A DNA stretch of 64,000 bases from a virus. Position 1 is the stretch's first letter, and every line of letters begins with the position of its first letter. The position numbers and the translations under genes are program-made. This document shows, piece after piece, positions 1 to 9,902 of the stretch. The notes under the pieces were generated by a model. The model did not search any database. It had not been told where the DNA came from and was given only the letters and a program-made list of their open reading frames with translations. The stretch covers positions 71,947 through 135,946 of IMG/VR virus record IMGVR_UViG_3300018080_000118; one strand, 5' to 3'.

Positions 1-578
1 CGTCCAACCTGAACCGCAGCGACGCGATCTACTCCAACATCATCCTCTCCGACGAGGACGACTGGAACCGCGTGGTCCTCAAGGACCTCGTGAAGATCCC
101 CGCCGCCCGCGAGCAGAAGGCTCGGACCTTCCTGATCCACGAGATCACCTGGACGGACGTCGTGGCGTGGTCCCTGACCGAGGCCGGTCTGGAGATCACC
201 TCCGAGATCGTCCGTGACGGATACAAGTACACCACCGTCGGTGGGTACACGTTCGTCACCACGATCCGCGACAACAACCAGCTCGTGGAACCGGGCGTCA
301 TCTACGTCTTCCCCGCGCCGGAGTTCCTGGGACGCATCCTGGTCCTGGAGAACACCAAGTTCTACATCGACAAGCGCGGTCGCTTCATCGAGATGGAGGC
401 ATGGGAAGACATCGGGGCGGGCTTCGGCAACATCCGGGGCCTCGGCGTCATCCTCCTCAAGGGTGCGCGGATGAGCATCCCGGTGACGTGGCAGGACACG
501 GCAGGCACCGCAACTGCCGCCGGCAACTTCACGATCATCAACGACAACACCCAGGCCTCCCTCCCCGCGCTCTCGTAG
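1..578 (+). CDS. Major capsid protein, C-terminal part (5'-truncated by window)
   Basis: Frame open from nt 3 to TAG 578 with strong GC3 bias. C-terminal segment GVIYVFPAPEFLGRILVLENTKFYIDKRGRFIEMEAWEDIGAGFGN resembles HK97-fold capsid C-termini. Followed by a terminator and head/neck genes. Confidence 0.6.
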   Translation, partial: SNLNRSDAIYSNIILSDEDDWNRVVLKDLVKIPAAREQKARTFLIHEITWTDVVAWSLTEAGLEITSEIVRDGYKYTTVGGYTFVTTIRDNNQLVEPGVIYVFPAPEFLGRILVLENTKFYIDKRGRFIEMEAWEDIGAGFGNIRGLGVILLKGARMSIPVTWQDTAGTATAAGNFTIINDNTQASLPALS

Positions 579-606
579 CGTAGGGCCACGGCCATCACGG
601 GACACG

Positions 607-651
607 AAGCCCCGCCCGCTCACTCACCTGTGGGCGGGACGGGGCTTTTTT
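607..651 (+). terminator. Rho-independent terminator after capsid gene
   Basis: AAGCCCCGCCCGC...GGGCGGGACGGGGC GC-rich stem followed by T6. Confidence 0.8.
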
Positions 652-665
652 GTTAGGGGCAGCAG

Positions 666-869
666 ATGAAGGGCACCTTCTTCGCCGGGTTCGCCGATGA
701 GATGCAGAAGCTCGGAAAGATGTCCAAGCGTAAGCGTCGTGCGGTCCAGACGGCCCTTGCCGGCCTGGGTCTCGGCGTGGTGGGCGGCGTGACCGAAGGT
801 ATCGTCAGCCCCATCACACAGACACTCTTTGAGCGCCGCATGAAGCGCAAGAAGAAGGAGAAGAAATGA
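666..869 (+). CDS. Small basic protein, putative internal head protein
   Basis: N-terminal FFAGFADEMQKLG motif shared with 9903 and 59330; Lys/Arg-rich; ATGA overlap with next gene. Confidence 0.65.
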   Translation: MKGTFFAGFADEMQKLGKMSKRKRRAVQTALAGLGLGVVGGVTEGIVSPITQTLFERRMKRKKKEKK

Positions 870-1252
870 AGGAAGACACCAGCAAGCCCAGTGTCGGTAA
901 GAAAACCCGGGCCAAGTGGGTCAGCCGAGATCTGAAGCGGGGGCTGGTCGCGGGGAGCGCCGGGCTTGTTGGTGGCTACCTTGTCCGCAAGGCCAAGGAG
1001 CGCCGGGACCGGAAACGCCGCGTGGAGAAGCTCAAGAAGGCTCTCGGCGGACGCAAGCTTATCATGATCGCTGTCGGGAAGCCCAGCAGCGACGAGAAGC
1101 GAGCTGCGTTCTACCTGGGGGTCGAGGACGAGCTTCGCAAGCTCAGCGCCAGGATGCCGCGGCCCAAGCCTCCTACCTACCCCACTCCCAAGCTACCGAA
1201 AAGACCACCAACGCCTCCGACCGTACGGGCGGTCAAGATGCCTGGTGGATAA
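866..1252 (+). CDS. Basic hypothetical protein, putative virion-associated
   Basis: Coupled to upstream gene; internal AFYLGVEDELRKLS motif variant; Pro-rich tail. Confidence 0.6.
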   Translation: MKEDTSKPSVGKKTRAKWVSRDLKRGLVAGSAGLVGGYLVRKAKERRDRKRRVEKLKKALGGRKLIMIAVGKPSSDEKRAAFYLGVEDELRKLSARMPRPKPPTYPTPKLPKRPPTPPTVRAVKMPGG

Positions 1253-1268
1253 GTAAGGAGACGTCAGA

Positions 1269-1847
1269 ATGCACACAGCAAGAGTTACATGGTTCGGGCC
1301 GGAGGGCAAGCTGCACCTCCAGCTCAAGAGCTTCCCTGCGCGGCGAGAGGTTAAGTGTCGCCTGGACGAGATCACGCTCCCGGAGAGGAAGCGGCACCGA
1401 GATCAGCTGCTGGTCCGTCGCAGTGACGGCGCGCTGATCAACGTGGGTCGTCTCGTGCCGGAGAAGGAGGCCGTTGCGGCCATGGAGGCGTGCCCTATCG
1501 TCGATGACGGGCACACGGGTTTCTTCGTCGCACTGCCCCGGGGCTACGGGATCGTGGACAACCAGGAGACCAGCCAGCTGAACGTGGTTCCCGCTGGAGA
1601 GATCCCTCCGATGAGCGAGCCGCTGCCGGAGATGTCCAAGCCACCCATCATCTCGGAACCTGAGGAAGAGGTGGTCGAGGAGCCGGACGCCGAGGAGCCT
1701 CCCGCAGAGGAGGAGCCCCAGGCCGAAGTGGTCGAAGAAGCACCCGAGGAAGAGCCCGAGCCAGAAGAGGAACCGGACGAAGAACCTGAGGAGGAGCAGG
1801 AAGAGGTCGAAGAAGACGACGATCTCCTGGACCTCATGGGAGATTAG
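1269..1847 (+). CDS. Hypothetical protein with long acidic Glu/Pro tail
   Basis: AAGGAG Shine-Dalgarno (SD) upstream; ends DDDLLDLMGD. Confidence 0.7.
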   Translation: MHTARVTWFGPEGKLHLQLKSFPARREVKCRLDEITLPERKRHRDQLLVRRSDGALINVGRLVPEKEAVAAMEACPIVDDGHTGFFVALPRGYGIVDNQETSQLNVVPAGEIPPMSEPLPEMSKPPIISEPEEEVVEEPDAEEPPAEEEPQAEVVEEAPEEEPEPEEEPDEEPEEEQEEVEEDDDLLDLMGD

Positions 1848-1849
1848 CC

Positions 1850-2356
1850 ATGGCGCAAAGATTCCAGGTTCCCAAGTACCTGGTCGACAAGCTTCGCCGC
1901 TTCCTGCAGGACTACGCAGAAGCGAACGAGCTGCTCGACGAGAAGGAGTCCAAGGACATCTTCCTTGCGGAGATGCTTGTGGATGCTCTGAGCCGGTACA
2001 ACCTCATCGAGCCCTCAGGGCCGAATCTCAACATCACGCTCGAAGGGGCCACCAGCGAGGAGGCCCTCTTGCTCGTGGACGAGGCAGCGGCCCGAGTCCT
2101 TACCTCAGTCTCCATCCGGATGCAGCGCAACATGCTGGAGTACGTGGACGGGAATATCCGCCAGCAGATCAACGATAAGTGGCAGTTCTACAACACCACG
2201 ATCGCGCGGCTGCGTGGCGGCGATGCCGGCAACGGCTTCGACAAACTGGTGAAGGAGCGTAAAATAAAGAAGAACTGCGACAACGCGTGGGGCTTCGTAC
2301 ACACGGAGCTTTACGATGGCTACCGCGACGGTGGCTACGTAACCGTCTGGGCATAG
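1850..2356 (+). CDS. Putative head-tail adaptor/neck protein
   Basis: 168-aa helical protein downstream of the capsid gene; function inferred from position. Confidence 0.45.
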   Translation: MAQRFQVPKYLVDKLRRFLQDYAEANELLDEKESKDIFLAEMLVDALSRYNLIEPSGPNLNITLEGATSEEALLLVDEAAARVLTSVSIRMQRNMLEYVDGNIRQQINDKWQFYNTTIARLRGGDAGNGFDKLVKERKIKKNCDNAWGFVHTELYDGYRDGGYVTVWA

Positions 2357-2366
2357 GAGCAATAGC

Positions 2367-2774
2367 ATGGCTGTAGTAGAAGACCAAGGCAACATCCTGG
2401 TTCACGGTCGTTTCGGTGCGCTCCAGGTCGCAGTGGATGGTGACGACACGGAAGTGGCAATCCCTTCGGGATCAACCCACGCCGAAATTCACCAGGAGAC
2501 CCAGTTCCAGAACATCCTCTACAGCATCACTGGCCTCGTGGACTCGTGGTTCGTACTGCCACCCGGCCCAAGAGATGAAGCAGACGCTCCGTTCCGTGTC
2601 GCCCTGAGTGGTGCGGCTGGAGTAGACCCCAACCGAAAAATCTGGTTCCGGAAAGCCCGCCAGATCCGACAGATCACCAGGCGTCCTTCACTGATCGGAC
2701 ACTACACCGACCCGCGCAAGGACATCTGTGATGACGTGATCGGCAAACTGACCGTTACCTTTACCGAGGATTAG
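2367..2774 (+). CDS. Virion protein, paralog of 2777-3346
   Basis: Shares GNILVHGRFG, STHAEIxQETQFQNI, FRKARQIR and CDDVIGKLTVTFTED with the next gene. Confidence 0.7.
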   Translation: MAVVEDQGNILVHGRFGALQVAVDGDDTEVAIPSGSTHAEIHQETQFQNILYSITGLVDSWFVLPPGPRDEADAPFRVALSGAAGVDPNRKIWFRKARQIRQITRRPSLIGHYTDPRKDICDDVIGKLTVTFTED

Positions 2775-2776
2775 GT

Positions 2777-3346
2777 ATGGCCATCACAGAGAAGCTCGGG
2801 AATATCCTGGTTCATGGGCGCTTCGGCGGCCTCCAGGTAGCCCAGGATGGTTTCGACACCGTGGTGCTGGCCCCGGCTAGCTCCACCCACGCCGAGATCT
2901 TCCAAGAGACGCAGTTCCAAAACATCTTCTACAGCCTGGATGGCTCCGCTAACTCATGGCGGCCACTCCCTCCTGGCGCGAAGGACGAGACGGGCTCCGC
3001 GTTCCGCGTGGCCCTGGGAACAGCGACCTCCATCTACTTTCGCAAGGCACGCCAGATTCGGCACATTACGAAGCGCCCAGGATACTCTGGACGTTTCGCC
3101 GGAAATTTCGACGCGTCTGCGGGAACACCGGCGCTGGCTGATGGCTCCGGAGTGGGCAAGGACTATTACTTCGTCAGCGTCGCGGGCACCTATGACTTCG
3201 GCTCGGGCGGCATCGCCCTCATCATCGGAGATTGGGTGATCTACGACGCCAGCACCAACACGTGGATCAAGGCCACCGAGGATCCTCGTACGTGGCTTTG
3301 CGACGACGTGATCGGGAAGTTGACGGTAACCTTTACCGAGGACTAG
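2777..3346 (+). CDS. Virion protein paralog with inserted fibre-type module
   Basis: Same frame as 2367 protein plus a ~55-aa insert (FAGNFDASAGTPALADGSGVGKDYYFVSVAG...GDWVIYD...W) of the type seen in phage fibre proteins. Confidence 0.7.
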   Translation: MAITEKLGNILVHGRFGGLQVAQDGFDTVVLAPASSTHAEIFQETQFQNIFYSLDGSANSWRPLPPGAKDETGSAFRVALGTATSIYFRKARQIRHITKRPGYSGRFAGNFDASAGTPALADGSGVGKDYYFVSVAGTYDFGSGGIALIIGDWVIYDASTNTWIKATEDPRTWLCDDVIGKLTVTFTED

Positions 3347-3348
3347 CC

Positions 3349-3750
3349 ATGAAGCTCGAAGAGTTCCTCAAGAACGCGACGGCCAACATCCAGAAGCCGC
3401 CCCCACCTCAGCTCATGCTGAAGAAGAACTTCAGCGTCAACTTCACGACGCAGTACGGGAGCGCGATGCCCGATGGTCGGCCGGCTCCGCTGAATATAGG
3501 CAGCATCCCAGGTACGAAGAACCCCGTGGACAACCAGCCCTGGGAGGTCGTGGTCCCGGGCCTGCAAATGGCGCTCTCCGGCGTCAAGGTGGATCGCATC
3601 GCCGGTGTCGTCACCGAGCGTGCGGGGGACCACATCATTGTGGGTATCCCTGTTGGCATGATGGACCAGAAGCAGTTCAAAGAGCAGCTTGAAAAATTCA
3701 TCAAGGTGCGGAAACGGTACGACCCCTCCGCAAGATTTGTTCCCACATAG
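3349..3750 (+). CDS. Hypothetical protein
   Basis: ATG 3349 directly follows the previous stop; the longer ORF-track start overlaps the upstream gene. Confidence 0.65.
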   Translation: MKLEEFLKNATANIQKPPPPQLMLKKNFSVNFTTQYGSAMPDGRPAPLNIGSIPGTKNPVDNQPWEVVVPGLQMALSGVKVDRIAGVVTERAGDHIIVGIPVGMMDQKQFKEQLEKFIKVRKRYDPSARFVPT

Positions 3751-3834
3751 GAGCTCGATAGTGCGTCGTCGAGCTTTTGACCGAGGCGGCCGTTCCGGGC
3801 CGAGACGCGCCTGACAGCAAAGTGGTAGTTCACA

Positions 3835-4758
3835 ATGGTCGTCTTCGATAAGCTTCATTCCGGGGAACCTGCGGTGTTCGTTGAGATCGCCAGTCGGGCC
3901 TCCGTGATCGTGTCTTGGCGTATTCGCCCGACCAATGAAGACCTGTCAACGATGACCGTGAACGTCTCCCGAGCCTACTCTCCCGAAGGTCCGTTTGAGT
4001 CGCTGGCAGACGTGATAGCGACAGACAACGTCTTTCGAGACGTGAACGCACATCTTCGGGACAAGTGGCGAGAGATTTACTACAAGCTGCGGCTAACGAG
4101 TCCGGACGCCATTGAGGACGAAACGAAACCCGTTGGGTTGCGGACAACACCAGAGCTCGAAGCTGTGGCAATCCGCAGAAGACTCGACCTGCTGCTGAAG
4201 TTCTCCGGCATCCCGTGTCTCATTTACTCGCGGAAGCACGAAGGGGAACGCTGTCCCAACTGCTGGGATCCAGTTCTTAAAAAGGTAGAGTATTCCAACT
4301 GTCCTCAGTGTTTCAACACAGGCCGCCTCGGTGGCTACTACCACCCTGTGCTCACACAGGTGAAGATAGACCCAGTTCGCAAGATGAACGAGCCGGGCGA
4401 TACCTTACGCCAAGTCGAGCAGACCACGGCGCTGGTCGCCTACTTCCCTCTCGTCAAACCCCAAGACATCATCTACGAGGTAAACGCTGGCGAGAGGTGG
4501 CGCGTGGTCACGGTCGACCCGACCGAGAAGAAGCGCAGCATCGTTCACCAAGACCTCTCGATGGTCAGCTTGAACCCCGGGGATATCGAGCACAAGATCC
4601 CCATCCCCGGGAGTGGACTGACCCCCATCATCAAGCCTCGTCAGAACTGGTGGATCGAGCGGGACCGTCCGATTGTCCGGGACAAGGAGAGCCTTCCGGC
4701 AGATGAGCAGGAAGGGGTGGACGAACAAGATGTGGACTTCTACGAGGTATACTCGTAA
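3835..4758 (+). CDS. Putative head-closure/neck protein with CxxC pairs
   Basis: RCPNCW...CPQCFNTGRLGGYY, beta-rich C-terminal part; position between head and tail genes. Confidence 0.5.
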   Translation: MVVFDKLHSGEPAVFVEIASRASVIVSWRIRPTNEDLSTMTVNVSRAYSPEGPFESLADVIATDNVFRDVNAHLRDKWREIYYKLRLTSPDAIEDETKPVGLRTTPELEAVAIRRRLDLLLKFSGIPCLIYSRKHEGERCPNCWDPVLKKVEYSNCPQCFNTGRLGGYYHPVLTQVKIDPVRKMNEPGDTLRQVEQTTALVAYFPLVKPQDIIYEVNAGERWRVVTVDPTEKKRSIVHQDLSMVSLNPGDIEHKIPIPGSGLTPIIKPRQNWWIERDRPIVRDKESLPADEQEGVDEQDVDFYEVYS

Positions 4759-4946
4759 TGCCAAAGCCTATCCCTGAAGACGAAATCGTAGACCCAGCCA
4801 GGATCAAAGCGATGCTGCCCAAGAAGCCCGAGGAGATCGGGCCGGGATCTATCGGGGCATGGCTGGAATGGCTGCGGCACCAGCGGCCCGTACGCGCCAA
4901 GTTTGTAGGGCCGGCTGACAACTCCGGGAGTGATCAAAAGAAGTGA
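4758..4946 (+). CDS. Small hypothetical protein
   Basis: TAATG overlap upstream and GTGA overlap downstream. Confidence 0.55.
   Translation: MPKPIPEDEIVDPARIKAMLPKKPEEIGPGSIGAWLEWLRHQRPVRAKFVGPADNSGSDQKK
4916..4936 (+). repeat. 21-bp quasi-palindromic motif, copy 1
   Basis: TGACAACTCCGGGAGTGATCA, 6 nt before GTG 4943. Confidence 0.85.
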
Positions 4947-5395
4947 CGCTCGCGCTCATCATGCTCGACGATGAAATGACGGACGAGGCCGTGGCTGAGT
5001 TCGCCAGTAAGCTCAAGCCTGGTCTTCGAGAGGCACTGCGTCGCAGCACCAAGACCGGGTCAGGCGATCTCGCCGACAGCCTTAGCATTCACGTCGAGGG
5101 TCGCAAGGTTATCCGCATCACATCCTCAGCGCGTTACGCGGTCGCTTTGGACCGAGGCACGCGTTCCCGCATTATGTGGGGCTTGATAAACAAGGTAGTG
5201 CCACTAAAACTCTCCGGAGGAACAACGATATTCAGAAGAGTGACGTTGTCCTCTTTGATTCGCGGAAAATGGAGGTACCCTGGAACTCCTGGTCTCAACT
5301 TCGTAGAGAAGGGGGCGCAGTTGGCCAAAGCCTTTACTGACAGCCCCGTAGGATACAGGATCCAGAAACCTCCTTCAGTCGTGGCCACTGTGTAG
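4943..5395 (+). CDS. HK97 gp10-like tail completion/neck protein
   Basis: SGDLADSL...YAVALDRGT...PGTPGLNFVEKG pattern typical of this family. Confidence 0.55.
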   Translation: MTLALIMLDDEMTDEAVAEFASKLKPGLREALRRSTKTGSGDLADSLSIHVEGRKVIRITSSARYAVALDRGTRSRIMWGLINKVVPLKLSGGTTIFRRVTLSSLIRGKWRYPGTPGLNFVEKGAQLAKAFTDSPVGYRIQKPPSVVATV

Positions 5396-5405
5396 GAGCA
5401 GAAAG

Positions 5406-5711
5406 ATGGCAGACAACCTGATGGGTGATGCCGAACGCGAACTCGCCAAGTCGCTGGCCGAGATCTGCGGACAGGACCTGGAGAAGATCGCCTCGGCGAA
5501 GGGCGAAGAGCTCGACTTCGATGCGATGCTCCAGCAGGCCGATCCGGAGACGGTACCGGGGCTGCAGAAGATCGCGTCCGTGCTCGACATCGAGATGGAT
5601 CAGCTCGTCAACGATCCCAACTTCCGGGAAGGGGTCAACCACGAGCTGGACAGCCGAAAGAGCGAGTGGGTGCCGTTCGCAATGAAACTCGCAGGACTTG
5701 CTGATGACTAA
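5406..5711 (+). CDS. Small acidic protein with repeated KIAS motif
   Basis: AGGAG SD; LEKIAS, LQKIAS and MKLAG motifs. Confidence 0.65.
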   Translation: MADNLMGDAERELAKSLAEICGQDLEKIASAKGEELDFDAMLQQADPETVPGLQKIASVLDIEMDQLVNDPNFREGVNHELDSRKSEWVPFAMKLAGLADD

Positions 5712-6400
5712 TGGGTACACCCGACTACAAGGATGTGCAGACGCCAGTGGGGAACCCGCTGCGGTACGCTCGGCGCGCGATGATCGAAATCCTTCAGAGC
5801 GCGTTCGAGTCCGAGTATCTCTACACGGACACAGACGGAAGTCGGGTAGTCAACCCTTTCCTCATCAAGTTCCAAGAGGACGGCGAAACGGCAGAGGATT
5901 CGAGACTGGTGATCGCGGACGGCTGGACCAACGAGTTGGAGCAGACGGACCCGCGACCCATGGTCATTGTGAACCGGGGGGACTTCGGTTTCCTTCGGCT
6001 GAGCGTAGGGCAAGGAAAATCTCACGGGTGGCCGGATTACGACGTGGAGAACAAGACCAAGACAGAGTCGTACGCCGATCTCACCGAGATGCCCTTGTCG
6101 CTGAGCTGCCTAGCAAGGCAGGAATTGGAGGCTGAGGAACTAGCGTGGGCATGTGCACTTTTCATTCGGATGCTTCACTTCGAGCTGATGGCGAAGTCGC
6201 AACTCTTCAAGATCAGTCTCCCGAGAGTGGGCGCTCCGGCCATTGTGAAGTCAGATGCTCAAATCGACTTGGTCCTCACCCCCGTGACATTCACTGTGAA
6301 TCAGACAATGCAGTGGACGGTTACGAGGCCCGTGAGACTCGGTAAGCTCGTCTACCAGTTCTTCGTGGCGGGAGAAGACGAACCGTTCGTAGAGGTGTAA
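5711..6400 (+). CDS. Putative tail terminator/completion protein
   Basis: Immediately upstream of the sheath; RPMVIVNRG and alpha/beta pattern; function inferred from position. Confidence 0.5.
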   Translation: MGTPDYKDVQTPVGNPLRYARRAMIEILQSAFESEYLYTDTDGSRVVNPFLIKFQEDGETAEDSRLVIADGWTNELEQTDPRPMVIVNRGDFGFLRLSVGQGKSHGWPDYDVENKTKTESYADLTEMPLSLSCLARQELEAEELAWACALFIRMLHFELMAKSQLFKISLPRVGAPAIVKSDAQIDLVLTPVTFTVNQTMQWTVTRPVRLGKLVYQFFVAGEDEPFVEV

Positions 6401-6402
6401 AC

Positions 6403-9400
6403 ATGGCAGAGAGCCTGAGACCGGATATCATCGTCACGCAGGTGTTCGACACGCCCCAGCCGACGGTGCCTGTTACCAATCTTCCCGTCTGCTTCATCGG
6501 ACTGAACCGGCAGTTCGTGTGGCGGGAGAACGCCGGGTCCTTCGAAGGCGGACAGCCTGGCCAGCAATACTTCTTCCCGAATCTGAGCGCAGGGGCGGTC
6601 ATCGAGCAGCCGGGGGCAACCCTGGATGTGGCCGAATTCCCCGACGTTCTGGAGCCGCACGTCTACATCCAGAACGTGCACGGGGTGGGAGAGGTGACTG
6701 GCGGGGATCTCACCTACGCTTTCGCCACGGATCCTCCCACGTTCAGCATCAGCCCGTCCGCGTCCGTGGTCTTCGAGATCGCGACGGGGGACGACGGTTC
6801 GTACTCGGCCGCGACCGGGTACTTCCTCGACAACGAGGCTGACTTCATCGAGGACCAGGTCGCTGCCGCAGACGAGATCCTCGTGCTGCACAACGATGGC
6901 AGCTACTACAAGGCCTTCGACGTGGTGGACATCCTGTCGGACAACCAGCTGGACGTCCTGCGGGCCAACAAGGCCACGACGCCGGCTCTTCCGACGGCTG
7001 CCCTCACTGCCGAGGATGCCTTCGGGTTCCGGACCATCACCGATACGAACCAGCAGCTCATGTCGACAGGCGTCGACATCGGGGACCTGGTGACGATCGA
7101 TGGCTGGGATCAGGTCACGAGCGTCCTGGGGGGCGACTACGGGGCCGCAGGCACCGGCACAGGCACCCCGGCCACGTCGCGCCTGTTCACCGACGCGAGC
7201 AAGGACTTCGCTGCTGCGGGTGTCCTCGCTGCCGACGTGATCTTCTCGGCCGACTCCCTCGGCGACTGGGTGCCTTTCTTCCAGGTGACTGGCGGCATCG
7301 GCACCACGCAGATCACCGATGTCGAGAACATTGTCACGAGTCCGAGCGCCATCCCGGCCCTGACCGCCAGCTCCACGGGCGTCCCCTACGACGTCATGCG
7401 CTACAGCGCTCCTCGGGATCTGACCGGCGGTGCCGTGGTCTCCTCCACCACAGGTGAGTACGACGCCCAGGGCGTCACAGCCTGGACCTTCACACCCTCG
7501 GTCTCCACGAACCGCATCTTCCACGATGCGAGCGCGGTCTACACCTCGGGTACCGTGGTCGCCGGTGACGAGATCGTCATCGACGTCATCGCCAGCGGGC
7601 CGCCATACCTGAAGCCAGGCAACTGGCCACAGTTCGTGGTCGTGTCCGTCCTGTCTGCCACCGACCTGGAGATCAGCCAGCACGACAGTAACGTGCCGCT
7701 GCCGACCGCGACGGTTCTCAACCCCTCCTTCGTGAGCTACGAGATCCGTGACGCCACGTCGGTGACCTCCAACACCGCCGGGTCCTACACCGCCGAGGGC
7801 GGTGGTGGTGCCCCTGCGGGCCAACGCCGGATCACGGCAACCGGGAAGGACTTCGTCACCGCTGGCGTGATCGCTGGAGACTTCATCCAGGATCTGGCAG
7901 GGAACACCCTGTTCACCATCGTCACGGTCCATCCGTCGGGTACCGGCACTCTCGATGTCCAGAACATCGTGCCTGGCAACCCACCGGCGGCATCAAGCGA
8001 TGCCCGATTCGCCTTCTACGTGAACGACCAGAACCCGGCGATCCTGGAGGTGGTGAGCGTCGACTCCGAAACCGTGATGACCGTGAAGAACACATTGTCC
8101 GGTTCGCCGGGCACCGGGGCCTACCCCGGCCTGTTCGTCACCAACATCACCTTCGCGGACACCGGCCAGGACGTCACCTACAAGATCAACAAGACCCAGA
8201 CCGGGACTGCCCTGGAAGGCACCGTGCTCTGCACCTACACGGCACGCAGGAACGACTACCTCAACTCCATCGTGCCAGTGGACATCAACACCTACCAGAC
8301 GGTCCTGGGTCCTCCGGTCCCGGGCAACGACCTCTCCCTCGCTTTCAAGAAGGTCTTCGAGGTCCTGGGTGCCACGGCCTACTTCGTCCAGGTCCCCAAC
8401 GACACGCTCGACGACTGGACCGAGGCCTTCACCCTGGCCGCCAACGAGATCATCTACATCCCTGTGCCGCTCACGCAGCGCGAGGACGTGATCCAGCTGA
8501 CCAACACGCACGTGACGGAGTTCAGCAAGCCCGAGAAGAAGCGCGAGCGCATCTCCTACGTGTGTCACAAGGAGGTGGTGCAGACAACGCGGCGTTCCGC
8601 GACCTCAGCCATGACCTTCACCAAGAGCGCGACGGGAGTCACCAACGTCGTGTCCACGGCCGTCGACCTGACCGCCTACGGCACGATCGTCGGCGATGTG
8701 CTCTCGGGCACCTTCAACGACGGGACCACCGACTACACCATCACCAACGCCCGGATCATCAGCATCACCCCGTCCACCCCCGCCGTGGGGCAGTCCACCA
8801 TGCGCGTGGTGGCGGACGCCTCGGTGCCGGTGTCCAGCTCGGGCACCGTCGCCAACTGGAACGTGAAGAGCAAGCCCCTGAGCCTGCTCCAGCGTGCCCA
8901 GCAACAGGCCGCCTACACCACGGCTATCTCGAACCGCCGTCTCCGGAACCTGTGGCCCGACACGATCGAGGACACCTTCACGGACGAGACGGCAGGCGAG
9001 GGGTCTTCGACAGGCTTCTTCGGTGGCGGCGACCAGATCGCCACCCTCGGTGGCGAGTACCTCTGCGTCATGGAAGCAGGGAAGCGCGCCAACGAGAATC
9101 CGAGCCAGCCGCTGTCCAACTTCCCAGCGGGCAGCATCCACAAGATCATCGACCCCATGGGTGACAACATCACCTACCAGGATATCATCCTGGACGGAGG
9201 CAACTACTACATGGAGCACGAGGGCGACGACCAGCCGCCCAAGGCGATCCGGGCCATCTCGACGGACACGAGCGACCTCTACAAGCTGGAGGACAACGTC
9301 CCGTCGCAGATCGACTCCTTCGCCAGGAAGCTGCGGTCGCAGCTCAAACCCATGCTCGGCCCGATCGTCATCGACGAGCCGTTCTTCGACCTGATCTCCA

Positions 9401-9567
9401 CCAACATCCAGGCCGTCAAGGACGACGTGCTGCAGGAGAAGGAGCTGCGGGAGATCGTCTTCCTCAGCATCGAGGAGGATCCCAACCAGGCCGACCAGTT
9501 CCTCGCCAAGTTCCGGGTGACACCGTTCATCTCCGGGGCCAAGGGTGAGATCACCATCTACATCTAA
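6403..9567 (+). CDS. Contractile tail sheath protein (1054 aa, large internal insertions)
   Basis: Sheath-like N-terminus (RPDIIVTQVF...PVCFIG) and C-terminus (HVTEFSKPEKKRER; DSFARKLRSQLKPMLG; FLAKFRVTPF...GEITIYI); upstream of tube gene. Confidence 0.8.
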   Translation: MAESLRPDIIVTQVFDTPQPTVPVTNLPVCFIGLNRQFVWRENAGSFEGGQPGQQYFFPNLSAGAVIEQPGATLDVAEFPDVLEPHVYIQNVHGVGEVTGGDLTYAFATDPPTFSISPSASVVFEIATGDDGSYSAATGYFLDNEADFIEDQVAAADEILVLHNDGSYYKAFDVVDILSDNQLDVLRANKATTPALPTAALTAEDAFGFRTITDTNQQLMSTGVDIGDLVTIDGWDQVTSVLGGDYGAAGTGTGTPATSRLFTDASKDFAAAGVLAADVIFSADSLGDWVPFFQVTGGIGTTQITDVENIVTSPSAIPALTASSTGVPYDVMRYSAPRDLTGGAVVSSTTGEYDAQGVTAWTFTPSVSTNRIFHDASAVYTSGTVVAGDEIVIDVIASGPPYLKPGNWPQFVVVSVLSATDLEISQHDSNVPLPTATVLNPSFVSYEIRDATSVTSNTAGSYTAEGGGGAPAGQRRITATGKDFVTAGVIAGDFIQDLAGNTLFTIVTVHPSGTGTLDVQNIVPGNPPAASSDARFAFYVNDQNPAILEVVSVDSETVMTVKNTLSGSPGTGAYPGLFVTNITFADTGQDVTYKINKTQTGTALEGTVLCTYTARRNDYLNSIVPVDINTYQTVLGPPVPGNDLSLAFKKVFEVLGATAYFVQVPNDTLDDWTEAFTLAANEIIYIPVPLTQREDVIQLTNTHVTEFSKPEKKRERISYVCHKEVVQTTRRSATSAMTFTKSATGVTNVVSTAVDLTAYGTIVGDVLSGTFNDGTTDYTITNARIISITPSTPAVGQSTMRVVADASVPVSSSGTVANWNVKSKPLSLLQRAQQQAAYTTAISNRRLRNLWPDTIEDTFTDETAGEGSSTGFFGGGDQIATLGGEYLCVMEAGKRANENPSQPLSNFPAGSIHKIIDPMGDNITYQDIILDGGNYYMEHEGDDQPPKAIRAISTDTSDLYKLEDNVPSQIDSFARKLRSQLKPMLGPIVIDEPFFDLISTNIQAVKDDVLQEKELREIVFLSIEEDPNQADQFLAKFRVTPFISGAKGEITIYI

Positions 9568-9578
9568 AGGAGCCTGAC

Positions 9579-9890
9579 ATGGACGCGAAGGAAATTTTCC
9601 TGAACGGCTTCTACGGCGTGTTCGAGAAGACCGCCTCGGAAGACGAGAAAAAGGAAGAGCCCAAGAAGGAAGAGGGCGAGAAGAAGCCTCTGCCCTTCTT
9701 CATGAAGAAGAAGGACGAGGACAAGAAGGAAGAGAAGAAAGAGGACAAGAAGGAAGAGAAGAAGGAAGAGGGCGAAGAGAAAGCCGCCTCCGTCTTCATG
9801 GACGGCTTCTCCGACTTCTTCTCCAAGGTCGCCGAAGAGGAGGCTGACAACCCCCTCGACGCTTTTCTGAAGCGGATCGGCAAAGCGTAG
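9579..9890 (+). CDS. Charged low-complexity protein with two F-x-x-GF...K-x-A motifs
   Basis: AGGAG SD; FLNGFYGVFEKTAS and FMDGFSDFFSKVAE flank a K/E repeat. Confidence 0.7.
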   Translation: MDAKEIFLNGFYGVFEKTASEDEKKEEPKKEEGEKKPLPFFMKKKDEDKKEEKKEDKKEEKKEEGEEKAASVFMDGFSDFFSKVAEEEADNPLDAFLKRIGKA

Positions 9891-9902
9891 GAGGCGGAGC
9901 CT

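Noticed and set aside
6352-7932. 526-aa antisense ORF (similarly 14581-16413, 27114-28319, 32319-33953, 35619-36830 and 59749-62601)
   Set aside because: Shadow frames opposite strongly GC3-biased genes; no recognisable motifs.
9640-9790. GAA/AAG-rich repeats (also 1660-1820, 14880-15080 and 27540-27660)
   Set aside because: Explained by Glu/Lys low-complexity protein tracts, not DNA-level arrays.
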